The notes: generated by a model from the letters alone, not told the origin. A DNA stretch of 63,878 bases, filler included, from Collodictyon triciliatum (GCA_043381765.1; 8 parts of 8 records of this genome joined end to end with filler, not necessarily neighbours in it); one strand, 5' to 3'; positions 40,975 through 53,826 are shown, numbered from the whole stretch's first letter. A program made the numbers and translations.

Positions 40975-42050
40975 TTCGTGATGACCTATGATACAATAAA
41001 AAAAAAACGCTACGGATTGGCATTTGAAGGAAAGTAGATATTGATGAATTATGGGCAATGACGTTTACTTCTCACTCAAAACAGTTTAACAAGGGAAAAT
41101 ATTATGGTTGGTCAATTCGAAAAGTATGTACTCCATGACTGTAACACTCCTTAATTATATTTTGATATTGAATCATATTTTGAATAATTAAATATCAAAT
41201 TTCATTTAGAGTTTCAAAGTAACTCTGCGCTTCAATAAAGAGCGGTGAAGATGGTATGGATAAATCTATAAATTGATCCTCACCCCGGGCTTGCAGCTTG
41301 CACCGAGAGTTCTTTATGTCCTACAGAAGACAGTTGTCAGTAGTATCTCTATGAGCTCCTTCGCATTTTTTTTTTTAAGGAACGCCCTTTTTTTCATTCA
41401 TTGCAGGTGATTGCGTATAAAGTCCAAACAATAGAAAAGTTTGGTAGGAAGCCCACCTTGATAATCAGTTTTGCAGATAAGAGAATTATCAAAAAGGAAA
41501 AAATTGAAGTCGAAGTGAAGCTGAAGAATGAAAAAGTTGAAAGGCAGCGCTGGTTAACCTGTGTTATCGGCTGCCAAGTCTAGCATCTCCGTTGGCTTAG
41601 CCCCAGTTTTGCTGTGCTCATCGTGTCGAGGAAGCTGCATGACCTTCCTGAAGCCTTTTGGAGCACGGCGAATGTATTCCTTTTCTTTCCTTCTTTTGTT
41701 TCTCTTTTTTTTTGTTCCCCTCCTCCGTGCGTCGGTAAGTCTCGGGTTGGAAAAGAGCCCTGGTACGAAGAAGGGATATGTGATCTGGCACTTTTTGCCT
41801 AAACAAAGCTGGTATCCTCCGTCAAACCCCCCACAGAAAACAAAAACAAACAATAAAAAAAAAAGAAGTGAAAGCAGGCTCTGCAGATCTGTTTGGTTGT
41901 GTTTGCACTTTTTCACATCTCCGAAATCAAGCAAAGAAACAAGCGAACACTTTGGCACAAATCATATCGACTACATGTTTGGTTCTGTGGGGGTGCAGTA
42001 CGATGACATAAGGGATCTGTCGGACTTGACAAGAGGGCGGGCCCAATCGA

Positions 42051-42375
42051 ATGGTGGGTTCTCTCCCATCCGCCAAATATCCCCCACAGCCTTGGCGACC
42101 TCCGAGTATCCGCAGCCCTTGTAATCGATCTGTGACAGCCGTTTGTGATGGTTGTGGTGAGAGTGTCTGCATCACTTGTAATTTCGAGCGGGTCTGCGCG
42201 TTTTCTTTGTTGGTGGAATCTAACCCGAATCTACATTGAGATAAACACGCTCTGTCTGAAACAAAAGAGGCTTTATTGCGCAGCATGTCAGAAAGCCTGG
42301 TTCCGAAACCAAACCATCACCGAGATAAGCACACGGCAGCGCCACTCGTCGCTTAGAGATATGGAGTCCGTTTAA
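42051..42375 (+). CDS. Small Cys-rich (CxxC) putative zinc-binding protein; probable intron 42192-42240; start uncertain
   Basis: PCNRSVTAVCDGCGESVCITCNFER joins INTLCLKQKRLYCAACQKAW in frame via a 49-nt GT...GAG intron containing CTAAC. Confidence 0.4.
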
Positions 42376-43072
42376 TGGCAGCCCTCCCAACAATCCCTAA
42401 ACAAAACAGATACTGACTCGTCATTCACCCCGCTGGTGACCCTTCTAATTCTTTGGCCCTCTGCATTCGTGTAGAGCTGAGATATATCACACAACTTTCG
42501 AGCACTCACCAAGCGAGTGTTTTCGGACGCCAAAATAGTGAACAAATTATATGTACGTCGAAGAAATGTACCGCCATCTTTAATAAGATACCATTCATGA
42601 AGATTTATATACAGCTATAAGCTACTAGCCATCATATTATTGTATTATTGTGGCGCATTTTGTTTATTATTGGCTTAAAATAGAATAATATTAATATTCC
42701 AGATATAATTCAACGGAAATCCGTTACCACTCCAATTATATTAAATTTCATTGAATATTCCAAGAATATCTTCGCTTGATGCGATTGGTGCAGTCCCAAG
42801 CAAAGGCCAATTTGTTTCAAGCCGCGAGGTATCCCCAGATCGGCCCCGTGTGCTGGTGGTCCGATGCCAAAAAACAAACAAACAAACAAACAAACAAACA
42901 AACAAACAAACAAACAAACAAACAAACAAACAAACAAACAAACAAACAAACAAACAAACAAACAAACAAANNNNNNNNNNNNNNNNNNNNNNNNNNNNNN
43001 NNNNNNNNNNNNNNTTAATTAATTAANNNNNNNNNNNNNNNNNNNNNNNNNNNNNNNNNNNNNNNNNNNNAA

Positions 43073-43103
<31 letters not shown>

Positions 43104-43660
43104 CAAAACAAAACAAAACAAAACAAAACAAAACAAAACAAAACAAAACAAAACAAAACAAAACAAAAAACAACAAAAATGTAAATCATAAAAAATGAAA
43201 CATTAACATAAATAACAAGTAAAATAATACAATACCTAAATACTCAAGTATTTAATTATGTAAAACAACCAAAGCATAAAAAGAAAGAGTGCTCCCCTTC
43301 TACATAAAGAAAAGTGACTAAATATCATACCAATTCTCTTGGAAGCGGCCTTATTTTCTGCCAATAAACTATTGCGATGAACCAATAAGATCATACCAAT
43401 TAGCACGACTATGCTAAAAATGAAATAAAATGAAATATGAAATATGAAAACGAAATGAAAGAAGAAAGAAGAAAGAAGAAAGAAGAATAAAAGAAAAGAA
43501 AATAAAATAAAAGAAAAGAAAAGAAGAAAAAGAAAAAGAAAAAGAGAAGAGAAGAAAAGAAAAAATAAATTTAAGAAATGAATAATGAAAAAATATTAGC
43601 GCCTCTTCTGACTGACTCTCGATTTTTACTCTCGCCCTCCCTCCATTTTTCCTCTTTAAG

Positions 43661-46600
43661 CTGCGCAACCCGGACAAAGATTTCCGTTTCATGGGGCTAT
43701 CTGATCTGTTAAATGCTCTGAATGATCGACCAAGCCTCAAGATTGACGGAGAAAACGAGACTAGGATTGTCTCTCATATTGTTCATATCTTACAAAACGA
43801 TTCATCTGGAGATGTGAAAGGAATCGCTCTGAAAAGGTGGGTAATTGATTATGATTCTACCAATGCGGTATGTTAATTATAATGGTCACTACTTAATAGA
43901 AATAATCGCACAAATGACGAATGAAACAAAAATGAAGATAAATAAAAAGCAGAAGCAAAAGTATATATGAGAGATAATTGGCATCAAGAAGCAGATTTTA
44001 ACCGCGAAAAAAAATCATACAAAAGCGACTTTTTTCATGGCGTGAAATGTGCGTCAAGTTATATATTACCTTTTTGTATCACATCGATGTAATTTAGTAC
44101 ATTCACACATATACACACTACACAAAAAATATACGAAATATATTTACCGAGTTAAAAGTTGAACCATTTTGATTCTCGTTCGATATTTTTAGCACACGCC
44201 ATTACAATATAATTGTTGATGCTAAGGTCATCCACTTATTATTCACCACGACCAGAGCTTGGCATCTCGCTTTTGAACAAAATCATTTTCTTTACTCGAT
44301 TTACTAAGTTGTCTCAATATATTCACTTTCTCATCGATACAGCTTACCTGTCCTTGTTTCTCGCATATCCGAAGCTAACCTGAACACTCTGACCGATGCT
44401 CTGGTCAACGGAATTTCTGACAAGCGTGATGAAGCCAGGGACATTTGCAATATTGGATTAAAGTCCATATTGTCCTCAATTTCTAGCGAGCAGCACACGC
44501 CTTTTGTTTTGGTCGCCAGAAAACTTTGTACCAAGTTCCTACATAATATTCAGGGGGTAAAAAAAAACAATTCCATAATACAAATTCTTTTGAAACCCTC
44601 TGCTTTGAATTTATCACTTCAAAATATTACCGATTAATAGCATCGTATACGATTCTGATAATTTTTCTTAATAAAACATATGTATCTAATTCCAATCTCG
44701 GAGATATAAAGTAAGAAAGTTATTACAATTCCAATCAATATAGCAAGAGGCTTCCAATGAAGCAAAACAGGAATCCTTAGATGTTCTCGGGGATGTTCTG
44801 AAGTACTTTGGTGGAAATCTAGCGCTAGATCACGAACGGGTCTTAACTGCTCTCATTGCTTCTCTCTATTCCCCTCGCGCCAACATCCGAAAGAGATCTA
44901 TTGCGCCAATCAGTTTGTTTATTACACAGATAAAGATTTTCAACATTGTGACTCCATGAGCCATATTTTAATATCAATTTTTTTTAAAAGGAAACCTGAA
45001 TCATGCCGTATACGAGAAATCAACTTAATGACATGTTAAATAGGCAATATTGTCCCTTTTCTGATTGATTCGCACTTATCTACTCTGATGGACAGCATCC
45101 TCGACAGCCTCACGAAGAATTCGAATAAGGAAATACAAAAGGCAGTTATTCAGCTCATTGCATCGATCAGGTTTCCTCACATACTGTTTGACAATTCACT
45201 ATAATGACATCCACAGTGGTCAATCTATAGACTATTGCCGTGGGCCAATTAAAGACATGTGAAAATGTCATGGAATAAAAAGAGCTACAATTTCTTTTGA
45301 AGACGAAATATTCCCCTCATTTTTTTAACACAAAAATTAATAAATAAAATCGACACAGTCGTACCTCGGGTTCAAAGCTCAGTCGCTTCCTCCCCAAAGT
45401 CATTCCACTACTCGAGCAATCTATGAATACATCTGATGATGACGAAGTCAAGGAGTTTGTCTTACAGGTTATCATCAGTAACAATTTTTTTCCTTTACGC
45501 GTCAACTTAATTAGATTGTTCGACCCCTCGCCAACTGATTGCCTACACAGGCCTTCGAATCAATTGTTCTTCGATGCGCCCGCGATGTGACCCCTTTCAT
45601 CGATGGATTGATTTCAATTGCCGTGGCTAATATAAAATACGACCCAAACTATGTCATGGTATGTTTTGATACCCTACACAGATATATCTTATCCCTACGT
45701 ACCTTGAATCGAATAAAAGGAAAGATGTTATTCCATACCCACGTTCTTCTCAACAGGATGACGGAGACGAAGATGAAGAACTTGAGTCTGACGACGAATT
45801 AGATGGGTAATTGCTTATCTCCTAAAACACCTATTACTGAATGATATTATCATATGCACATTATTTTTACTCCATAAAGTAGACCCTTCATACATGTAAA
45901 GTTTTATAGTTTAATTATGAATGATTATGTCATGTAAATTTTAAGCCATTATCCTTTCGCAGGGACGATGGAGACTATAGCGATGACGAAGATATTAGCT
46001 GGAAAGTCCGACGCTTTTCAACAAAGCTGCTTTCTTGTATTTGCTCCAGTCGCTCAGATATTCTTGGGTCCATTTTTGAGAGAGTAAGTTTTCTTTTAAT
46101 TACGATTATTTCGAAAAATAATACCAGAAGTATAGACATACATATATGATAGCTAAATACAATCGCCTCTGTTCGTTTCGGGTCACATCCACTAAGAAAT
46201 TTATACACTTTGAATCGAATAAAGGAAAAAAAAAGAAGAAATTCATACACTTTAGGAAGAATAAAAAAGAAGGAAGAAATTCATACACTTTCTGATTATT
46301 TCAAAGCCTTCGTGTCCATCACAATATTTCATTTATTTGATTTTATCAGAAAGAAAAATAAAATGTAAAATTGATTAGGTTTTCTCTATCCTGGTGAGTC
46401 GTCTTCTTGAAAGAGAAGAATCTGTCAGGGTGAGTGTCTCGTTTATACATAGCTTTTTATTACTTGACACTTACAGGGTTAACCACCTTCTGCTGGCCCC
46501 TTTAAACGTTCAAGTACAAATATCCATAATAGCTAAATTCATTAATTGATATTTTCAATTGAAATACTGAGTTTCTCTCTTTCTGCCATTCTTTCTTTGT

Positions 46601-49600
46601 GGAATACATAGGTGGAGGTGTTAACCACACTCACGAAGCTGACTCACTTGGCCAATATGATAGGAAAATCTGATTCCAATACATCCTCAAAGTTTGCAAC
46701 ACTTTCATCACAAAACAAAAACAAAAAAAAAACAATATAATGAATTTGTAATTATTACAGCCATGTTTGATATATGTGTCACTTTGATAAACTCACCATG
46801 GTTCTACTGTAGTAAAATGTTCTAAACATGCTAAACTAATTTAACGTAACTGAAGATTGGTCTCTGCTGTTCATGAACATATTGGAAGCATCGTGAAATG
46901 TGAGTTAGTAAAGCACTTTACATTCACTTAAATGGTGACAAACAACAAATAAGAATATCCGAATTCTATCCGATTTAATCTGGTTGATGGCCATCAATCT
47001 GACCGCATCGTATCAAACTAGCTGTTGTTAAGACGGTTAAGAGTGGATTGCAGAAGACAAAACCCTTAGGATTTATTTTGTTACGAGGACTCTCATCGGT
47101 ATAATATCAACTTTTACTGGCAGTTTCTTATTTACTTCATTATTTTTTTCAGCATCTATACCTTCAACCTGTTGACTTGACATTCTCCTTGCAACATATT
47201 CATGACGATATGACCAGCCCTTTTACTCATGGAAAATTATCTCAGGTTGTCCCAGGATGTCTGAACCAGTACCTCTCACAATTGATTTCGTTAGCATCAA
47301 GTGTAGCCGTTGTATGTACCTGAATACCGCACCATCCAATACTTTCTTTTTTTTTTTTAAAAAAAAAAAAACAGACAGAAACACGCACACCTATATATCA
47401 TAGATATGAACTCATGTTTCACAAATCGAAAGGTCGAATATATAAAGAAACAAGCTAACTCAGTATGGTGTTGTATATGAATCAGGAGCGATCAACCAAC
47501 GCACATGTGAAGCTAGAAATAATCGGATTTGCTCAGTCTGTTCTACCTGCCTCATTCAATCAGTCACTCCTTCCTGCTTTACCCGATCTTCTCTCGCTCA
47601 TCGTCTTTGCTTCAAAGGTAATTAACTTATATACAAGTGAGGGTTTCAGGTCGATACACGATTTTCGGTTACATAAATACCTCACAATTTGATTCCATGA
47701 CACAAAAAATTGCATCTAGGACACATATTACAAGGTTGTTGCAGATTCCATTCGATGCGGAGCTTCTGTTATTCGACTGTTAGGAACCCAGCAAGTAATA
47801 TATCTATGGTCAACATTATCTTTCTTTATCTATCTATAGCCATTTTGTGGGGTGATTATTTTTTTCCTTTATTCGATTCAAAAATTTTGTGGGTTGATTA
47901 TATACTACGAGGTAAATTAAGCTTTATCTACAGTCTAATATTCATGAATTATCCTTTTATTAGGGTATAGACCATTCAACAATCTTACCTCAACTGCAAG
48001 AATTCTTCACAAATGTTTTTGAAAAGGCAAAATCCCAAGACGCTGACCAAGTGATTTCTTTTCAACAGATAATTTTTTTCAATTTTCTACTTTCTTTCCT
48101 TCCAGCTCTACTTTACATAACTGTATCATCTTAATCCTTCGAGGTATGAACTTTGTTCCGATTCGAAAAGTTGTTTATGAAAATGTCTTTAACCTCTTGC
48201 ATTATGATAACTACAGGAAGTCAAGGATGCAGCGATTACAGGTCTTAGTTTGCTATTAACTAATACACAAGGCGTCTTCTCTGGGCGGGTAAGTTCTATT
48301 TCGAATTCCAATATCTATATATTTGTCTCAAATCACAGTATTCCCTTTCACTCTGACGTATTCTACTACATATTTGTATTCTATTTCGTGCATCATACCA
48401 CATCAAGCGTCCATACTGTATATATTTGAATAAATGATAGTATTCATTTCATATTTGCATGGTGGTAATGTCTTCCATTTTGTATGGCACGTAGGTTGAT
48501 ACGAGTATCCCCCTCTTTGTGGAGCGCTTGAAAAACGAAGTCACCAGAGTTTCATCCCTTAAAGTGACACCCAAATCTTTAAATTTCAGCTCTAGTCTTG
48601 GCTTATTCTTCTTTTTTCCCCTCCTATTCCTCATATGATTTTTTAAAATCCTGAAATGAAAAAGTATCGGTATATTCATTTCAGATAACGACCATTTTAA
48701 TATAGGCGATTGATTTGATTGGAAAATCATCTCTCAATATTTCACCATTTGTCCCCGCGATTATCGACGAGGCCACATCTTTCTTGCGCAAAGTAAAAGC
48801 CTAAAGACCCACAATATAATTTCATATGAACAGAATCTAACATGGAGTAAAAGGCTATGATAAAGACTATCATTTCTGATACTTTTACTTGTGACCACCA
48901 GAGCAATCGAACTTTGCGTCACGTGACTCTCCAAGTCCTTGACACCCTGAGTCGTGTCTACGGTTCCCAAATTACTCCAAACCAGTATTTACAGCTTATG
49001 ACTGATATATCCATGTCAATCAGGTAACACAAATATGAATCCTTGCATAGAAACATAACAACAATTTTTTTGGTTTCTTTTCAACAGTTTATTGAGAAAA
49101 AACAAAGCCGAGGAAACCGCCTTCGCAAAACAAAAAACAAAAAACAAAAAACAAAAAACAAAAAACAAAAAACAAAAAACAAAAAACAAGAACAATAAAA
49201 TAATAAAAGTATAAATAGTAATTCAGATTCTCACTGTATACCACAATGTATTGGAATTATATTGCTTAAAGCTCCTAGATAGTTTATAACACAAATTCCA
49301 TTTACCATCTGAAATCTAGCGAGAGTGACCTTCAAATCACGTATCTGTCAGCCCAACTACTCACAACTGTTTCCCTCACGAACAAATCTATCATTCCAAT
49401 TATTTACGACAAAGTCATGCCTGTTGTATTTACAGTATCGCAAAGTTCTCTTCTCCAAGGACATGCATTAGATGTAAGAACATCATATAGTGTATTAGGG
49501 TGTACTTTTTTCAAAAAAAAAAAAAAGCTCTTGAGTAGCATTTTGAACAAAAGCCTTTCATTCTTCCTTATTATTCTCCTTTCCTATCTTTTTGGTGCAA

Positions 49601-52480
49601 TATGAAATACTTGATGTTGCATTTGAAATATAGGGTATTCTCCACTTGCTCGAAGTACTTGTCAAATCCAATGACCCTAAGGCAAACTTCGTTGTACTAC
49701 TGGCTAATTTTTTGAGCATCCTAAACTCATCGACACAGCCACTGACAAAGCCAGCCATCAGTAACATTGCGCAGGTGATATTGAATCGAATAAAGTGAAA
49801 AAACACTGCGCAAGTGGCAAATCACATATTGAATATATGGTCTGATGAACATGTCATCCATCTTTTTTTTTAATCATTTTTCTTCCCATTTTGCCACATT
49901 AATATCAGTGCATCGCTGTTTTATGCATGAGTGCCACTGGGGTTCAGGCCCAGGAGACTATCGCTAAGCTCATATCGGGACTTAATGAAGCGCAGACGGT
50001 ATTTTCCACTATTTTCGAATAAGGGTACTCTATCACTTTTTTTTTTTTTTAACTTTCACTGCATTGTAGCCGAAGCTATCATATCTTATGAGCCTTGGGG
50101 AGATTGGTCGACGGATGGATTTGTCTGCCTACGGAACCATTTATGTATATATTTTCATATTTACATACATGCTCCGGTGATTGGATGTCATGTTCACATC
50201 CACAAATCATTTTTCCTTCTTTGACAAATATGTATTTTATCTTTCTTGGTGGTTATGGCCCTAAAATGTTTTAGAGTGCTGTTGGCGCATTTCTGGATGA
50301 TAGCTCAGATGATCTGAGGCTTGCTTCCTCTTTATCACTTGGACATATCGCCATCGGGAACCTGCCATTCTTCCTTCCAATTCTGATTCAAGAAATACAA
50401 TCCCGTCCAAAGAACCAATACATGCTTATGCATTCTGTGCGTGAGGTCCTGGTTCGATTCGCCTCGGTTGCCGAAGGTCCAAATGTAAGAAAAAGAGCTT
50501 GGCCTCTTCAAAATGAATCAACTATTTCTTTATTTTATTTTTATCATTGAACATCTTTTGTATTTCATCTGAAGACCTTACATTAACATACATATTTTAA
50601 CAATAACAGCTGGTGGAGCCTCATATCGAACAAATTATCAATCTTCTGGGTCGTTTCTATGATGTCTCTGAAGAAGGAACAAAAACTATTGTGTCTGAAT
50701 GTCTAGGAAAACTCATTCTGCTGAAATATGAACGTATCCTTCCTTACCTTCAGGTTAGCTGTTCCGTAAATTACTATTCAATATTGATTTATTTACGCAT
50801 GCCACAAACGCAAACATGTGGCGAAAAAGTGCAAAATACATCGATTTACACCATTGTTCATAAAACCTTTTGTTTTGTTTTGTTTTGGTTTGTTTTGTTT
50901 TGTTTTGGTTTGGTTTGGTTTGTTTTGTTTGTAAGACAACTATTCATACATTAATGCACCACCTCGCATACTAGCAACTACTTGGAAGTTCGTCCAGCAG
51001 CACTAAGGGCGTGATAGTATCATCTATCAAGTTTGCAATCCTGGAAAAACCTCACGCTGTTGACTCTAGTTTGGAGCAAGTTTTACCCCAATTTCTTGGG
51101 TTGTTGGAGGATTCTGATTTAGTGGGTTATTTATTTTATGTATAAAAAAATTATAAAATTGGGTTGGCGATTTGCCTCAACATATAACACTTGACAATAT
51201 ATGTATAGTAAGTCTCTTATTTTTTTCTTTTCTTGGGCTTCTTCCATACTGTCAGAATGTCCAAAAATCGTCACTTCAAACTCTCAATTACGTTGTTCAC
51301 TACAAACCGACACTCGTTCGCCCCATTCTACGCAATATTATCCCCATAGTCTACAGATATACTGCAGTCAATGTTAGTTGCATTCAATTGACATAACCTA
51401 AAATCAATCCACGGACAAATATCATGTCCACATATCAATCTTGCAATGTGCGTTTCTTTACAGATACTCATTTGCCCATTATCCAACCACCAGAAATCAC
51501 TGATTCGATTCGTAGACCTGGGCCCCTTCAAACACGAAATTGACGACGGACTGGATACCCGCAAAGCAGCCTTCACGTGCATGTAAGCAACTACCTTAGG
51601 GCAACATAAAACTAGCTATTGAAGTACGCATCCTCTCTCATTTAAGCTTATATCTCCCTCCCAATCATCTCCCTTATTACCTTTTTTTTTTAATCCCACT
51701 TGTTACTAACGAATATTCACGCCCTAGCTCAACAATGCTCGACCGCGTGATTGACCAGCTGGTGATGGGGGAGTACATCCCAATCGTGGTTGCGGGGCTG
51801 AAGGACAAGCCTGACATCCAAACACTCAACCATGTGGTTACTACTAAGCTGTGCTCCTATGTTCCCTCTGCAGTCGTCGTTGGTAGGGCTTATTTAAACC
51901 TCGTTCTTACAGCAACCGCACTGGCACTCTTGGTTGCCCTGTTTTCCACCAAATTACTCCGGTAGCCTTTGCAGCATCAAGGCCATTGTTGTAAATGATT
52001 TCGAATACCTCTTCGTCCGTCTTAGCTGCTGACTCATTTGTCGAGAACCTCTCGGCCACAATCCAAACACGTCCCAAGGAGAATGCCGTCAAGCAAGAAA
52101 TCGAACGCATCGAAGAGATGAAGCGCAGCGCGCTTCGGTTGCTATGAAAATACATTCTTAAAGAAGGAAAAAGAAGGAAAAAGAAGGAAAAAGAAGGAAA
52201 AAGAAGGAAAAAGAAGGAAAAAAGAAAAGAAAGTCTAATAATCCTTTCTAATGGCTATCAGGGCGGTGGATGCTATCATCCGGGCTTCGGAAGGTGATCA
52301 GCTGCCACCTGCGTTTGCGACATTTGTGGAGAAGGTCGTCAAGAGCAAGGAAATCGCGCCACTCTACGGTGAAGACCAATCTGCCCGCAGACACGATACA
52401 CACAATAACAAAACACGCAATAACACAAGACTATCATAGAACAAGTCCGCACCGACCGGGAAAGACTGGGCTCCGACTAA
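43661..52480 (+). CDS. CAND1: Cullin-associated NEDD8-dissociated protein 1 (TIP120), about 30 exons, first exon not seen
   Basis: [84 protein letters not shown]; all introns GT-AG in frame. Confidence 0.96.
45704..45720 (+). mobile_element. Ultra-short insert, copy 3 (TTGAATCGAATAAAAGG)
   Basis: Core match in a CAND1 intron; degenerate flanks agatatatcttatccctacgtacc / agatgttattccatacccacgttct. Confidence 0.5.
46209..46235 (+). mobile_element. Ultra-short A-tailed insert, copy 4
   Basis: TTTGAATCGAATAAAGG-A9 between 18-bp repeats aagaaatttatacacttt (46194-46211, overlapping the core by TTT) and aagaaattcatacacttt (46236-46253). Confidence 0.68.
47860..47883 (-). mobile_element. Ultra-short A-tailed insert, copy 5
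   Basis: Reverse-strand TTTTGAATCGAATAAAGG-A6 between attttgtggggtgattat (47842-47859) and attttgtgggttgattat (47884-47901), 17/18 identical. Confidence 0.72.
49781..49801 (+). mobile_element. Ultra-short A-tailed insert, copy 6
   Basis: TTGAATCGAATAAAGTG-An between aacattgcgcaggtg (49763-49777) and aacactgcgcaagtg (49802-49816), 13/15 identical. Confidence 0.65.
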
Positions 52481-52705
52481 AGCCCCAAAGGGAAGCAGCA
52501 TCAGTGCACGCCCGACAGTCGCCCGCTCGTCAGGCAGATTCGCATGGCTCTCCGCACAGACACACACACACACACACTCTCTCTCTCCCTCACCCTCCAG
52601 CACAGGAATAAACGGAATCGGCACACGGCACCAACATGCTATGACCCACACTTGCTAACAAACTCGTCACTGGCGCGGCGCTTGTTTCTAGAGTTGGGCG
52701 CAGCT

Positions 52706-53467
52706 TTATTTCGGCTTTGGCTTGAACTCAAATCCCAGCAGCGGGTTGGACTTTGACTTTTTGTGAGGCTTTGTCCCCGCAGCAATACGAGCATGTGTTT
52801 AGTGGAAACGACCGCGATGGCAATACATGCATTCAGAACAGATTGGCATTTGGTATTGATGAAAAAGAGGGAGGATGAGATAGATAAATACATAAATAAA
52901 TAAATACATAAATAAATAAATCAGTCAAGGGGATGAAAGGCTTACCTGTCTGGCGTTTCTGTCCCTGGCAATTTGTCGCTTGACACTGGCAGGCAAATAC
53001 CTTTTCTCGCCTGCACTTATATTTGTCTTCATGTACCTGAGCGAAGATATTCAAAATCAGCAGAGAACGACAACCCCTTCGATTACAGAGTGTTTGGCTT
53101 GAAAAGAGACAGGCATCTGAGGAGTGCACTCACGACGGGATTATCTTGAGACTCGGATTCAGCTCCTGCGGAAGAAGAGGGCCGTCGTGTCGCAGCGCTT
53201 CAAGGTCTGTGGGGTTCTCGCGAAAATGAACCTGGGCAGTCACGGAAGGCAACTCAGTTCTCCGATTTGTGATGGATGGTTGCCCTATTCGTTATATGGC
53301 GTGGCCTACCTTTAGTTTCTCAGAGTTGATGACCTCGGCCTTAATCTCGCGAAGGCGCGCTTCGCGGATGGAGTTTCTGGTGATTGAGCGCAACACATCC
53401 TCACAACGATAGCGGAAAGAATCAACCTTGTCCCGAGTTAGATTGAAAGCCTTCAATTTCTGTTCAT
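52706..53467 (-). CDS. DDX56: DEAD-box helicase DDX56/Dbp9, C-terminal exons
   Basis: VDSFRYRCEDVLRSITRNSIREARLREIKAEVINSEKLK/VHFRENPTDLEALRHD...NPL, the Dbp9-specific C-terminal region. Confidence 0.88.
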
Positions 53468-53528
53468 CTGCGTTTTCAGAAGGATGACGCGATAAGAAAT
53501 CGAGCTTCACAAAATATAAACGAATTAA

Positions 53529-53566
<38 letters not shown>

Positions 53567-53579
53567 AAGAAAAAGAAAG

Positions 53580-53652
<73 letters not shown>

Positions 53653-53826
53653 AAAAGAAAGAAAAAAAAAAAAAAAAAAAGAAAAAGAAAGAAAAAGAAA
53701 GAAAAAAGAAAGAAAAAAGAAAGAAANNNNNNNNNNNNNNNNNNNNNNNNNNNNNNNNNNNNNNNNNNNNTTAATTAATTAANNNNNNNNNNNNNNNNNN
53801 NNNNNNNNNNNNNNNNNNNNNNNNNN

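Noticed and set aside
45119-45133. tcgaataaggaaa resembling the micro-insert core
   Set aside because: Inside a CAND1 coding exon (NSNKE) with no flanking duplication; likely coincidence
46194-46291. CRISPR-like repeat-spacer array
   Set aside because: Only three AT-rich 18-bp repeats inside a eukaryotic intron, with no cas genes; better explained as target-site duplications
43661-52480. Alternative genetic code or stop-codon readthrough
   Set aside because: Conserved exons contain no in-frame stops, and TAA (RPS12, CAND1), TAG (ARM, PP2C) and TGA (Myb) all terminate genes
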